From positions 1,152,001 to 1,216,000 of the forward strand of contig OZ223300.1 in NCBI GenBank assembly GCA_965140705.1: a stretch of DNA of 64,000 nucleotides. The letters run 5' to 3'. The position numbers and the translations under genes were made by a program. Position 1 is the stretch's first letter. Every line of letters starts with the position of its first letter. This document shows positions 37,814-47,306 of the stretch, in pieces. Source of the DNA: an uncultured Arcobacter sp. GTDB lineage: Bacteria; Campylobacterota; Campylobacteria; Campylobacterales; Arcobacteraceae. The notes beneath the pieces are model-generated. The model worked only from the letters and a program-made list of their open reading frames with translations. It made no database searches and was not told where the DNA came from.

Positions 37814-38998
37814 CTATTTAATGAATAACTCTCTTGGGAAATCACAAAAAGTTTCCACTCCAGTATCTGTTATATAGATACTTTCAGTTATCTCCATTCC
37901 CCAATCAGCTTGCCAAATACCTGGCATAAAATGGAAGGTCATACCAGGTTCTAATACTGTTAGGTCAGTTGACCTTAAACTACAAGTTCTTTCACCCCAA
38001 TCAGGAGGATAACTAACTCCAATAGGGTAACCACATCTTGCACCATTTCTATCAATACCATATTTATGCATTATAGTATCAACTGCATTTGCAATATCAC
38101 AAGTTCTATTTCCAGGTTTTGCTTGCTCTAATCCTGCATCAATAGCTTCTATTAAAGCTTTTTCTGCATCATAATATTTTTGGTTAGGTTTCCCCATAAA
38201 AATAGTTCTTGACATAGGACAATGATATCTTTTATAACAACCTGATATCTCAAAATAAGTTGCCTCATTCTTTTTAAAAGGTCTTTCATCCCAAGTAATA
38301 TGAGATGCAGATGCATCGGCACCTGAAGGTAACAATGGTACAATTGAAGGATAATCACCACCATATCCATCAACACCTGCAATTGCAGTTTCATAAATTT
38401 GTGAAACAACATGACTTTTTGGAATACCAACTCTTACTACATCTAAAACTCTTTGATGTATCTTTTGAGTGATTTTTCCAGCTATTTTCATATATTCAAT
38501 CTCTTTTTGAGATTTAACTCCTCTAGCCCAATTAACTAGGTTATTTGCATTTATAAAATTTGCATTTGGTAGAGTTGCTGTTAATCTAAAATGAGCCTCA
38601 GCTGTATAATAATAACTATCTCTCTCAGTTGCTATTACACATTTGTCCCATTTTTTCTTATTTAAAATATTATTACCAATCCATGTCATTGGATGTTCAT
38701 CTAAATTTTGTACATATTTTTCTGGATAACCATAAAGATTATCTTCTTTCATGTAACATTTTATCAATGCGGCATTTCTATCCATAAGTCTTCCGAACCA
38801 AATAGGTTCATCCTCATCAAGGGAGATAATAACCCCTTGATGAACATAAAAAGACCAACCATCATATCCTGTAAGCCAATTCATATTTCCAGGATCAGTT
38901 GCAATTAAAACATCGATTCTTCTTTGTTGCATCAATGATTTAACTCTTCTAATCCTTTGGACATACTCTTTTTTTGTAAAAGGTAATTTTTCTCTCAT
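37814..38998 (-). CDS. doeA: Ectoine hydrolase (M24 family, DoeA/EutD)
   Basis: WLTGYDGWSFYVHQ, GGDYPSIVPLLPSGADASASHITWD, RYHCP, GYPIGVSYPPDWGERT, FHFMPG. Confidence 0.93.
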   Translation of the reverse strand: MREKLPFTKKEYVQRIRRVKSLMQQRRIDVLIATDPGNMNWLTGYDGWSFYVHQGVIISLDEDEPIWFGRLMDRNAALIKCYMKEDNLYGYPEKYVQNLDEHPMTWIGNNILNKKKWDKCVIATERDSYYYTAEAHFRLTATLPNANFINANNLVNWARGVKSQKEIEYMKIAGKITQKIHQRVLDVVRVGIPKSHVVSQIYETAIAGVDGYGGDYPSIVPLLPSGADASASHITWDERPFKKNEATYFEISGCYKRYHCPMSRTIFMGKPNQKYYDAEKALIEAIDAGLEQAKPGNRTCDIANAVDTIMHKYGIDRNGARCGYPIGVSYPPDWGERTCSLRSTDLTVLEPGMTFHFMPGIWQADWGMEITESIYITDTGVETFCDFPRELFIK

Positions 38999-39006
38999 CT
39001 TATTTC

Positions 39007-40401
39007 CTATTTAACAGGACCTACCCAAACTTGTTGAGTATTTACAAACATTTTAATACCATGAGGGCCTAATTCTCTTCCTAAACCTGATTTTTTAACT
39101 CCACCACTTGGAAGTCTAGGATCTGATTTAACAATTCCATTAATTGAAACTTGGCCAGTAACAATTTTACTTGCTATTTTTTTACCTTTTTCAATATCCC
39201 CTGTCCATACTGAACCACCTAAACCATATTCAGTGTCATTAGCAATTTCCAATGCATGATCTGCATCTTTTGCTTTAATAACTGCTGCAATAGGACCAAA
39301 TGTCTCTTGACAAGATACAACCATTCCAGGTTCTACATCTGCTAAAACAGTTACAGGAAAAAAGAATCCTTTTCCTTCCATTCTATTTCCACCTAAAACC
39401 AGTCTTGCTCCTGCACTTACTGATCTATCAACTTGTTCGTGCATCTCTTCAACTAACTCACGTCTTGCTATTGGACCAATTTTTGTTGATTCATCTTTTG
39501 GATCACCTAAAGTTAGTTTTTCAAATCTCTCTTTTAATAAAGAGATAAATTTCTCATAAATAGGCTCTTCTACAATGATTCTTTTTGCAGCAATACAAGA
39601 TTGACCAGCATTGATATATCTTGAAAGAACAATTACATCTGCTGCATGTTCTAAATCTTTTGTATCAGCTAATACAATAGCTGCATCACTTCCACCAAGT
39701 TCTAATACTACTGGTTTGATTTCACTTCCAGCTATTGCACCAACTGCAGCTCCTGCTTTTGATGACCCTGTTAATGATACACCAGTAACAAGTGGATGTC
39801 TAATGATTGATTCTATTTGTGAGTGATTAATAACTACATTTTGAACTAAATTTTTAGGCATACCTGCTTTTTCAAAGGCTTGTACAATTTTAATTGCACA
39901 TAAAGGGGTATGAGAATCATGCTTCATAATACAAGAGTTTCCTGACATAAGAGCAGGGGCTAAGTATCTAAAAGCTAACCAAAAAGGTGCATTCCAAGGA
40001 AGTAATCCTAAAGTTACACCTAAAGGTAAATATTGTACAAAGCTTTCTGTTGCATCAGAATCTATGAATTCTGTTTTTAAATATTCCCCAGCATTTTGAG
40101 CATAGTGTTCTGCTGCCCAAGCTGCTTTATTTACTTCTCCCCTTGCTTCGTTAATAGGTTTTCCCATCTCTTCAGTCATAGGTAGTGCATATTCATCAAG
40201 ATTATCTTTCATCTCTTTTGCAACAGCTCTTAAAAGTTCAGCTCTTTGTTCAAAAGAAGTGTCTCTCCAAGAGTTTATATAAGCATCTTGTGATTTTTCA
40301 ATTATCTCTCTTACTTCTTCAGCTGTATCCATAGGTATCTCATACACTGTCTCTTCAGTGTATGGATTTATTGATTTAAAATGTGTTGAACTGTATCCCA
40401 T
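39007..40401 (-). CDS. NAD(P)-dependent semialdehyde dehydrogenase (SSADH-like; probable DoeC role)
   Basis: EMGKPI, PWNAP, LTGS, LELGGSD, NAGQSCIAAKR, ETFGP. Confidence 0.8.
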   Translation of the reverse strand: MGYSSTHFKSINPYTEETVYEIPMDTAEEVREIIEKSQDAYINSWRDTSFEQRAELLRAVAKEMKDNLDEYALPMTEEMGKPINEARGEVNKAAWAAEHYAQNAGEYLKTEFIDSDATESFVQYLPLGVTLGLLPWNAPFWLAFRYLAPALMSGNSCIMKHDSHTPLCAIKIVQAFEKAGMPKNLVQNVVINHSQIESIIRHPLVTGVSLTGSSKAGAAVGAIAGSEIKPVVLELGGSDAAIVLADTKDLEHAADVIVLSRYINAGQSCIAAKRIIVEEPIYEKFISLLKERFEKLTLGDPKDESTKIGPIARRELVEEMHEQVDRSVSAGARLVLGGNRMEGKGFFFPVTVLADVEPGMVVSCQETFGPIAAVIKAKDADHALEIANDTEYGLGGSVWTGDIEKGKKIASKIVTGQVSINGIVKSDPRLPSGGVKKSGLGRELGPHGIKMFVNTQQVWVGPVK

Positions 40402-40410
40402 AATAACCCC

Positions 40411-41655
40411 TTAACCTAAGATTGCTTCAACAGATTTTACAAATCTGCTTAGACCCTCTTTTAAAGTATCTTCTTCAATTGTCAATGGAGGAATAAATTT
40501 GATGATTTCACCTGTACTACAAGCTCCAATAATCAAGCCATTTTCAAAACATTTAGTAGTAATCTCTTTTGTCATTGCTGCACTTTCAAAATCAATTGCT
40601 AACATCATTCCTTTTTGTCTTACACCTTTTACAGCATCATATTTAGAGTTTAAGGTATCTATAGTCTCTCTTATAATGTCACCTTTTCTTTTTGTTTCAT
40701 TATTAAAAGTTTCATCTTTGAAATATTCTAAGCCAACTTTACCTGCTACAAAAGAGATACCTTGTCCTCTAAATGTACCAGTATGTTGTCCTGGGTTCCA
40801 AGCTTTATCAATCTCTGGTTTATTAACTAGCATTCCAATAGGAGTACCTAATCCACCTAATCCTTTTGCTAAAATTATAATATCTGGATCAACATCTAAA
40901 TCATCAAAACTAAAGTAGCTTCCGCATCTTCCTACACCACATTGAATACTGTCTAAAATAAATAGTGCTCCAGTATCTTTTGCTAGTTTTTGTACACCTT
41001 GTAACCACTCTTTTGTAGCAACACGTACACCACCTTCTGCTTGTACTGGCTCAACAATAAAACCAGCAGGAGGCAACATCCCTGAACCTAAATCAAACAT
41101 TTTTTGTCTTAAGTTTTCTAAAGCATCCATATCATTAAATGTATCTCTAATAACATTATTTAAAGGAACTCCTGAACTACTTCTAAAGGCATTGTTTGCT
41201 GTACAAGCTAATGCACCTAAAGTCATACCATGGAAACCTCTATTAAAAGCAACAATTTCTGTTCTACCAGTAACTTTTCTAGCTAATTTAAGTGCAGCTT
41301 CAACGGCGTTTGTTCCTGTTGGTCCTGTAAATTGAACTTTTCTATCAGCCCAACCACGTGGTTCTAATACAGTTTTTACAAATGTATTTATAAAATCTCT
41401 TTTTACATCTGTAAACATATCTAGTGAGTGAATAACTCCATCTCTTTGGATGAAGTCAATTACTGCTTCTTTCATTTTTGGATTATTATGTCCAAAATTT
41501 AAAACACCTGCACCTGCAAAAAAGTCTATAAATTCTTTATCATTTTCATCTATCATTATCGCGTTTGATGACGATTTAAAAACAGTTGGTACTGCTCTAC
41601 AATAAGCTCTAATTTCTGATTCGTGTTTTTCAAATGTATTCATTTCATTTATCAT
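40411..41655 (-). CDS. Diaminobutyrate transaminase, EctB-like class III aminotransferase (probable catabolic DoeD role)
   Basis: ESEIRAYCR, FFAGAGVLNFGHN, QFTGPTGTNAVEAALKLARKVTGR, FHGMTLG, PLP lysine in LAKG, HTGTFRG. Confidence 0.85.
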   Translation of the reverse strand: MINEMNTFEKHESEIRAYCRAVPTVFKSSSNAIMIDENDKEFIDFFAGAGVLNFGHNNPKMKEAVIDFIQRDGVIHSLDMFTDVKRDFINTFVKTVLEPRGWADRKVQFTGPTGTNAVEAALKLARKVTGRTEIVAFNRGFHGMTLGALACTANNAFRSSSGVPLNNVIRDTFNDMDALENLRQKMFDLGSGMLPPAGFIVEPVQAEGGVRVATKEWLQGVQKLAKDTGALFILDSIQCGVGRCGSYFSFDDLDVDPDIIILAKGLGGLGTPIGMLVNKPEIDKAWNPGQHTGTFRGQGISFVAGKVGLEYFKDETFNNETKRKGDIIRETIDTLNSKYDAVKGVRQKGMMLAIDFESAAMTKEITTKCFENGLIIGACSTGEIIKFIPPLTIEEDTLKEGLSRFVKSVEAILG

Positions 41656-41699
41656 TTTTTTTCCTTAAATATATTATTAGTTGTTTGATTTTGTGAGAA

Positions 41700-41808
41700 A
41701 GACCCTAATAGATAAGTAATATGTTTAATATGTTGAGTTTTTATTATGTATTAAACAATATTGCTTAACAGCACAATTAAAGTAATCAAAGGCAATTGTG
41801 CAGGGTCT
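41700..41808 (-). promoter_or_regulatory. Predicted three-way-junction RNA in the leader of the ectoine operon
   Basis: P1 AGACCCU/AGGGUCU (41808-41802 with 41706-41700); P2 GCACAAUUG/UAAUUGUGC; P3 UAAGcAAUAUuGUUUAAUA/UAUUAAACAUAUUaCUUA. Confidence 0.6.
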
Positions 41809-41956
41809 ACCTGGCACCTAAAATGAAGTTTTTATCTTGAATTAGTATATTTTGAATTTGTTTTATTGGATGAGGAATAATATACATAATATTTGAGGAA
41901 ATACAAGAATTAAATACTTCTTCTAATTCTAATAATCTATTATTATAAGAAATCAT
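41807..41956 (-). CDS. Putative 49-aa leader peptide (uORF) MISYNNRLLELEEVFNSCISSNIMYIIPHPIKQIQNILIQDKNFILGAR
   Basis: Strong SD AAGGAAAGGAG 5 nt before ATG; 50 uninterrupted codons; sits directly downstream of a promoter; absent from the ORF track. Confidence 0.65.
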   Translation of the reverse strand: MISYNNRLLELEEVFNSCISSNIMYIIPHPIKQIQNILIQDKNFILGAR

Positions 41957-41988
41957 ATTAACTCCTTTCCTTATTTTATGATGTAAGA

Positions 41989-42017
41989 AGTCTAACCAAA
42001 ATTAAAATCTATGTCAA
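41989..42017 (-). promoter_or_regulatory. sigma70 promoter for the uORF/ectoine operon
   Basis: TTGACA (42017-42012), 17-nt spacer, TAGACT (41994-41989). Confidence 0.7.
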
Positions 42018-42244
42018 TTTTAAGTTGTATAAAAAATATACAGTAAAATAGAAGTTTTATTTTGTTAATAAACAACTCAATTGGATTATTGTATTGAGTG
42101 TATTCTTAAATATAAAATAAATTTATTTATTATATAAAAAGATAAAGTTAAATAATATTATTCCAATTTAGTAGGTAAATATAAAAATAAAGTCATATTT
42201 TATATTTAAAAGATATTATATTGACTTATTTTAACATTGGAAAA

Positions 42245-43432
42245 ATGATGATAAAAAATCTTTTTAAATCAAGAGTAGCTCTACTTTATATCTTATCAAT
42301 ATCTATGGTTTTTTCTTTTTCTGCTTGGATGAGTCTACTTAATAATTATGTAGTAGAAGTGGCTTCTTTTGATGGTAGCCAAATAGGTATTTTACAAAGT
42401 TTAAGGGAAATTCCTGGCTTTTTAGCTTTTACAGTTATTTTAGTAATTATGTTTATTGCACAACAAAGGTTAGCTTATATTTCAATGATAGCTTTAGGTT
42501 TAGGAGTATTTTTAACTGGACTTTATCCTAGTGCTTTAGGTTTATATCTAACTACAATTTTGATGTCTACAGGGTTTCATTATTTAGAAACTTTAAATCA
42601 ATCCCTATCTTTACAATGGCTTGATAAGGCAAAAGCTCCAATAATTTTGGGAAAAATTACAGCAGCTAAATCTTTTACTTCACTAATTGTATTTGTTTTG
42701 ATATATATTATGATGAAATTTTATAGTGTAGAGTATAAATATGTTTATGCATTTTTTGGTTTGATTACTTCATCTGTTGCTATAATTGCTTGGATAGGTT
42801 TTGAGCATTTTAAAGATGATGTTGTACAAGAGAAAAAATTGGTTGTAAAAAAAGAGTATTGGCTTTTTTATATCTTAACATTTTTTGCAGGAGCTAGAAG
42901 ACAGATATTTATGGTATTTGCAGGATTTTTGCTTGTAGAGAAATTTGGCTTAGATATTGAAAATATGGTGACTTTACTTTTTGTTAATTCTGTTTTAAAT
43001 ATATATCTTGCTCCAAAAATTGGTAAGTTTATTACAAAAGTAGGGGAAGCAGTTACTTTAAAAGTAGAGTATCTTGGACTAATGTTAGTTTTTACTTCTT
43101 ATGCTTTTGTTGATAATATATATTTTGCATTTTTCTTATATGTTATTGATAATCTATTATTTTCAATGGCAATTGCTTTAAAAACATATTTTCAAAAGAT
43201 TGCAGATCCAAAAGATATAGCAAGTGCAAGTGCTGTTAGTTTTACTATAAATCATATTGCAGCTGTATTTTTACCATTTTTCTTAGGTTTGATTTGGTTA
43301 TATTCTCATTCACTTGTATTTATTATAGGTGCACTTATTGGTTTAGCCTCTTTTATTTTATCTTTTTTAGTGCCACTTCATCCAATGCAAGGGTTTGAAA
43401 CTACTTTAGTAAAAAAAGAGAGTATTGCTTAA
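42245..43432 (+). CDS. MFS transporter
   Basis: About 12 TMs; LQSLREIPGFL, GARRQIFMVFAGFLLV, FTINHIAAV. Confidence 0.85.
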   Translation: MMIKNLFKSRVALLYILSISMVFSFSAWMSLLNNYVVEVASFDGSQIGILQSLREIPGFLAFTVILVIMFIAQQRLAYISMIALGLGVFLTGLYPSALGLYLTTILMSTGFHYLETLNQSLSLQWLDKAKAPIILGKITAAKSFTSLIVFVLIYIMMKFYSVEYKYVYAFFGLITSSVAIIAWIGFEHFKDDVVQEKKLVVKKEYWLFYILTFFAGARRQIFMVFAGFLLVEKFGLDIENMVTLLFVNSVLNIYLAPKIGKFITKVGEAVTLKVEYLGLMLVFTSYAFVDNIYFAFFLYVIDNLLFSMAIALKTYFQKIADPKDIASASAVSFTINHIAAVFLPFFLGLIWLYSHSLVFIIGALIGLASFILSFLVPLHPMQGFETTLVKKESIA

Positions 43433-44511
43433 GTTACTTTCTTTTTGAAAAACCAAGTTGCAATAATAAGTGTAACAACTCCTAGTGCAATCATGGGTAA
43501 AATCTCCCAGATTGCAATTTCCCAAGAGATATCTTTTAAAAATAGACCCTTTAAAAGTATCAAAAAATATTTTAGTGCAATGAGATTTGTAAAAGGAATA
43601 AGCCATTGGGGCATATTTTCTATGGGTGTTGCAAATCCAGACATCAAAATTGAAGGTACTAAAAGTATAAAAGCTCCTAAGATTCCTTGCTGTTGAGTTG
43701 ATGAAATAGAAGAGATAAATAAACCAAAGCCAACAACAGAAAAGACAAATGCACATATTGAGACAATTAAAATACTAAGTGAACCAATAAAAGGAACACC
43801 AAAAAATGTAATAGCACTTAAGAAAATAATACTAGCTTCTAAGATACTAATAATCATAGGAGGAATAGTCTTTCCAATGATTAAAATAGTAGGACTAAGT
43901 GGTGCTACTGAGATTTGTTCAAAGGTTCCAAGTTCCCTCTCCCTTGCAACTGATAAGGAAGTTAGAATCAGAGCAATAAGTATAGTTAAACTTCCAACTA
44001 AATTTGGAAGTATCCACCAAAAATTCTCTAAATTTGGATTATACCAATTTCGAACTACTAAGGTATCTTTATTTTTTGAAAAGAAGTTATTAATACTAAG
44101 TTGAATATATCCAACTGCAATTTGAGCACTTGTTGATTTTCTTCCATCTGCAATAATTCCTATATTTGCAGTTTTGCCTTTTTGCATATTTTTTGAAAAA
44201 TCTTGGGGTATCTCAATACCAGCTAGGATTTCTTGAGAATCTATTTTTTCTTTTAAGTCATCATAACTTTTCAAATAAAGTACTTGTGTAAAACGGTCAC
44301 TATATTTCAAAGTACGAATAAGTTCTTTACTTTGACTTGAATTATTTCTATCTAAAATACCAATACTGATATTTTTAACTTCCATTGTTATTGCAAAGGA
44401 GAATAATACAAGCATAATAATTGGTGGTATAATAATTACAATACGAGAACGCTTATCACTCCAAATGGCTAAAAATTCTTTTCTTATAAGAGATATTAAT
44501 TGATGTATCAT
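43429..44511 (-). CDS. ybhR: ABC-2 permease (YbhR-like)
   Basis: WYNPNL, LSVARERELGTFEQ, SGFATPIENMP; ATG at 44511 overlaps the ybhS stop. Confidence 0.85.
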   Translation of the reverse strand: MIHQLISLIRKEFLAIWSDKRSRIVIIIPPIIMLVLFSFAITMEVKNISIGILDRNNSSQSKELIRTLKYSDRFTQVLYLKSYDDLKEKIDSQEILAGIEIPQDFSKNMQKGKTANIGIIADGRKSTSAQIAVGYIQLSINNFFSKNKDTLVVRNWYNPNLENFWWILPNLVGSLTILIALILTSLSVARERELGTFEQISVAPLSPTILIIGKTIPPMIISILEASIIFLSAITFFGVPFIGSLSILIVSICAFVFSVVGFGLFISSISSTQQQGILGAFILLVPSILMSGFATPIENMPQWLIPFTNLIALKYFLILLKGLFLKDISWEIAIWEILPMIALGVVTLIIATWFFKKKVT

Positions 44512-45620
44512 GAACTTAACTTCTTTTTTGTAATAATAAAAATAATTCCAAATAAAAACAGACCAATACCTAACATCCAAAGGGTATTTGGAATAATGAT
44601 TTCATAAATATTTCCTGCTAAAAAGAGTGTTTGTAAAATATTTATAAAATATCTTGCTGGTATAATATGGGTTAAAAACTGTAACCAAGATGGCATACTG
44701 CTTATTTGAAAAATAAATCCTGATAAAATCATAGCAGGTAAAAAGCCTATGATTAAAGCCATTTGTGCTGCTACAAACTGATTCTTTGCTAAAGTTGAGA
44801 TAAGCAAACCAATACTAAGAGCTGAAAATAAATAGACGCTAGAAGTTAAAAGTAAAAGTAAATATGAACCTCTAAATGGAATCTCAAACCAAAACAAGGT
44901 TATTAGAACACAAATTAGAAGTGAGAAAAGACCTAAAACAAAGTATGGTAAAAGTTTTCCTAAAAGCAACTCTAAAATCTTAATTGGAGTTGACATAATA
45001 GCTTCCATTGTACCTCTTTCCCACTCTCTTGCTACTACTAATGCAGTTAAAAGAGTACCAATAAGTGTCAAAGTTATAGCAATGGAACCAGGAAGTAAAA
45101 AATAACTGCTTAACAAAGGTGCATTAAACCAATATCTTGCTTGAATATTGATGTTTGCTTTTGTTGAGAGTTTTTCAAATTTAAGCCAATTTTGCCACAA
45201 AGCAAAACTATATTTGATAACAAAATTTGCAATACTAGGTTCACTTCCATCTGTGATAATTTGTATTTTTGGTTTGCCTTTTAAAATATCTTTATCAAAA
45301 TTTGCAGGAACCACAATCATGGCTCTTAGTTTTCCTTCTTGTAGTTGTTTTACAAAGGCTCTTCTATCTTTTGCTATTTGTATATCAAAACTTTCACTTG
45401 TTTGAAATGCCTTTATCAAACTAGAAGTGTGGGCAGAGTTTTTTTCAATTACAACTCCTACAGGAATATGTTTTGAGTCTAGGGAAATAGCATAACCCAT
45501 CAAAAAAAGAAGCATAAGAGGTAGAATAAAAGCTATAATTAAGGCACTTGGATCTCTAATTATTTGTAGACTCTCTTTGATAAAAAGTGCTAATAATCGC
45601 TGCTTATTTATTATCATCAT
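44508..45620 (-). CDS. ybhS: ABC-2 permease (YbhS-like)
   Basis: KESLQIIRDPS, VVAREWERGTMEA, PARYF. Confidence 0.85.
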   Translation of the reverse strand: MMIINKQRLLALFIKESLQIIRDPSALIIAFILPLMLLFLMGYAISLDSKHIPVGVVIEKNSAHTSSLIKAFQTSESFDIQIAKDRRAFVKQLQEGKLRAMIVVPANFDKDILKGKPKIQIITDGSEPSIANFVIKYSFALWQNWLKFEKLSTKANINIQARYWFNAPLLSSYFLLPGSIAITLTLIGTLLTALVVAREWERGTMEAIMSTPIKILELLLGKLLPYFVLGLFSLLICVLITLFWFEIPFRGSYLLLLLTSSVYLFSALSIGLLISTLAKNQFVAAQMALIIGFLPAMILSGFIFQISSMPSWLQFLTHIIPARYFINILQTLFLAGNIYEIIIPNTLWMLGIGLFLFGIIFIITKKKLSS

Positions 45621-47304
45621 TTTCTCTTTTAATAAGTTCTATAAAGGTATCTTCCATAGTAGCATTAGAACCTACTTGGCTAATAAGATTATGTGGAGTA
45701 TCCAAAGCTATTGCTCTACCTTTATAAATCAAAGCTATTCTGTCACAATACTCAGCCTCATCCATAAAGTGGGTTGTTACCATGATAGTCATACCCTTTT
45801 GTACCATTGCATAGATATGATTCCAAAACTCTCGTCTAGTAAGTGGATCAATTCCAGAAGTAGGTTCATCTAAGAAAAGTACTACTGGGTCATGCATAAC
45901 AGCACAAGCAAGAGAAAGTCTCTGTTTATATCCCAAGGGTAAAGTTTTTGAAGCTGTTTTTTTATATTTTTCTAATTCAAAAATTTTAATCATACTTTCT
46001 ATTTTTTCTTTTTTTTCTTTTCCCCTCAAGCCATAAACACCTGCAAAAAACTTTAGATTTTCATAAACGGAAATATCCCCATAAAGTGAAAACTTTTGAG
46101 ACATATATCCAATTTTGCTACGGGCTTTATGTGAAGAGGTTTCTAAACTTATTCCTAGAACATGTGCTTGTCCACTTGTAGGTTTTACTAAGCCACATAA
46201 CATTTTAAATGTAGTTGATTTTCCTGCACCATTTGGCCCTAAAAAACCAAATATTTCACCTCTTTTTATTTTAAAGCTTACATCATCTGTAGCTTTAAAA
46301 CTTCCAAAAGTTTTACTAAGGTGGGAAGCTTCAATTAAGTTACCATCATTTTCTTCAAATTCACCCATTTGTTTTGCTAATAATGATTCTCCATTAAAGT
46401 TACCATTTAAAATATGAATAAAACCATCTTCAAAATTTGCTTTCATACTTTCATAACTACAATTTTCAGCTTCTATTTTTTCAAGGGGTGGTAAATCATC
46501 TTTGCTTTCACAAATCAGTTTAATACTATTTCCTAATATCACGCCATCTTTTATTTGATCATATTTAAGTGCTAACCTTAGTGTTTGTCTTTTATCTTTT
46601 ATATCTCCTACTATTTTAAAAACTTTATCTTCCATGGTTTTACTTAACTCTTTTGGAATTCCTTCAAATAAAATAGAACCATCATTTAAAAGTATTACTT
46701 CATCACAAAGTTCTGCTTCATCTAAATAAGCAGTGCTCCAAACAACTCCCACATCATCTTCAACCAACTTATTTACAATTGCCCATAATTCTTTTCTAGA
46801 AATGGGGTCAACTCCCACACCTGGTTCATCTAAAAGTAAAAGTTCTGGTTTTTTTATTAAAGCACAAGCCAAACCAAGTTTTTGTTTCATCCCACCAGAT
46901 AAATTTTTAGCAAGAAATGATTCAAACTTTTTTAAATTGATAAATTCCAATAATTCATTGATTCTTTTTTTTTGTTTATTTTTTGGAATAGATTGTAAGT
47001 TTGCATATAAAGTAAGATTTTCTAAAACACTTAAATCTTCATACAAGCCAAATTTTTGAGGCATATATCCGATTTTGCTTTGTATTTTACTAGCATCTTT
47101 AGGTAAAGAATAATCTAAAACTTCTAATTCTCCACTGTCTGCATCAAGAAGTCCAGTCATAAGTCTAATAAGAGTAGTTTTTCCTGCTCCATCAGGACCT
47201 ACTAGTCCTGTTATTTTTCCTTTTTTTATATTTATGTCTAATTTAGAAATAGCAGGGATATTGTTAAATGTTTTTGTAATTTGTTTTGCAACAACAAGTG
47301 ACAT
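45604..47304 (-). CDS. ybhF: Duplicated ABC ATPase (YbhF-like)
   Basis: Two Walker A motifs (GPDGAGKT, GPNGAGKS), LSGGMKQK, DEPGVGVDP and DEPTSGIDP. Confidence 0.9.
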   Translation of the reverse strand: MSLVVAKQITKTFNNIPAISKLDINIKKGKITGLVGPDGAGKTTLIRLMTGLLDADSGELEVLDYSLPKDASKIQSKIGYMPQKFGLYEDLSVLENLTLYANLQSIPKNKQKKRINELLEFINLKKFESFLAKNLSGGMKQKLGLACALIKKPELLLLDEPGVGVDPISRKELWAIVNKLVEDDVGVVWSTAYLDEAELCDEVILLNDGSILFEGIPKELSKTMEDKVFKIVGDIKDKRQTLRLALKYDQIKDGVILGNSIKLICESKDDLPPLEKIEAENCSYESMKANFEDGFIHILNGNFNGESLLAKQMGEFEENDGNLIEASHLSKTFGSFKATDDVSFKIKRGEIFGFLGPNGAGKSTTFKMLCGLVKPTSGQAHVLGISLETSSHKARSKIGYMSQKFSLYGDISVYENLKFFAGVYGLRGKEKKEKIESMIKIFELEKYKKTASKTLPLGYKQRLSLACAVMHDPVVLFLDEPTSGIDPLTRREFWNHIYAMVQKGMTIMVTTHFMDEAEYCDRIALIYKGRAIALDTPHNLISQVGSNATMEDTFIELIKRENDDNK

Positions 47305-47306
47305 TT

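Noticed and set aside
40411..41655. Calling this an ectoine biosynthesis (ectABC) locus
   Set aside because: No ectA, ectC or ask is adjacent; the neighbours are hydrolase, dehydrogenase and uptake genes.
41700..41830. Known riboswitch (SAM, lysine, glycine, guanidine, TPP) in the ectoine leader
   Set aside because: I could not match the conserved cores of these families by eye; an Rfam scan is needed to exclude them formally.
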